NCBI RefSeq assembly: GCF_009914755.1
Contig: NC_060926.1
Length of the DNA stretch: 64,000 nucleotides
Direction: 5' to 3' (one strand)
Source of the DNA: the human T2T-CHM13v2.0 reference genome, Homo sapiens
The position numbers were made by a program, and so were the translations under genes. A model generated the notes under the pieces. It was not told the origin of the DNA. It worked only from the letters and a program-made list of their open reading frames with translations, and made no database searches. This document shows positions 63,861 to 64,000 of the stretch, piece by piece. Position 1 is the first letter of the stretch. Each line of letters starts with the position of its first letter.

Positions 63861-64000
<140 letters not shown>

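Overview
This is primate (human-like) genomic DNA, apparently intergenic or intronic. No protein-coding gene, RNA gene or CRISPR array is supported: every long ORF in the track falls in a tandem repeat, Alu, L1 or MaLR remnant. About half the window is interspersed repeat: THE1C, MLT2A2, MLT1, MER4-group and MER31-like LTRs, a two-LTR MSTA element, L1PA/L1MA/L1MD pieces, seven Alus plus a FLAM, MIR/L2 fragments and hAT/Tigger fossils, several with readable target-site duplications (TSDs) and nesting. Minisatellites and local duplications are unusually dense, and some old repeats look GC-shifted, which suggests a distal, high-recombination domain. The best leads are regulatory hypotheses: (1) a 300-bp array of about 17 CAGGTG E-boxes; (2) a THE1C LTR with intact DUX4 motif, TATA and splice donor but a destroyed polyA signal, upstream of candidate + strand non-coding exons; (3) a 34-unit 39-bp VNTR with about 29 strand-specific TGCATG (RBFOX) motifs; (4) a TGACATCA/TGACGT array next to a CpG-island-like element; (5) a 5x28-bp amplification of a YY1-core unit in an LTR. 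None is demonstrated from sequence alone, and I found no convincing new multi-gene system. Repeat family calls are from memory of consensus sequences, and motif counts are by hand.
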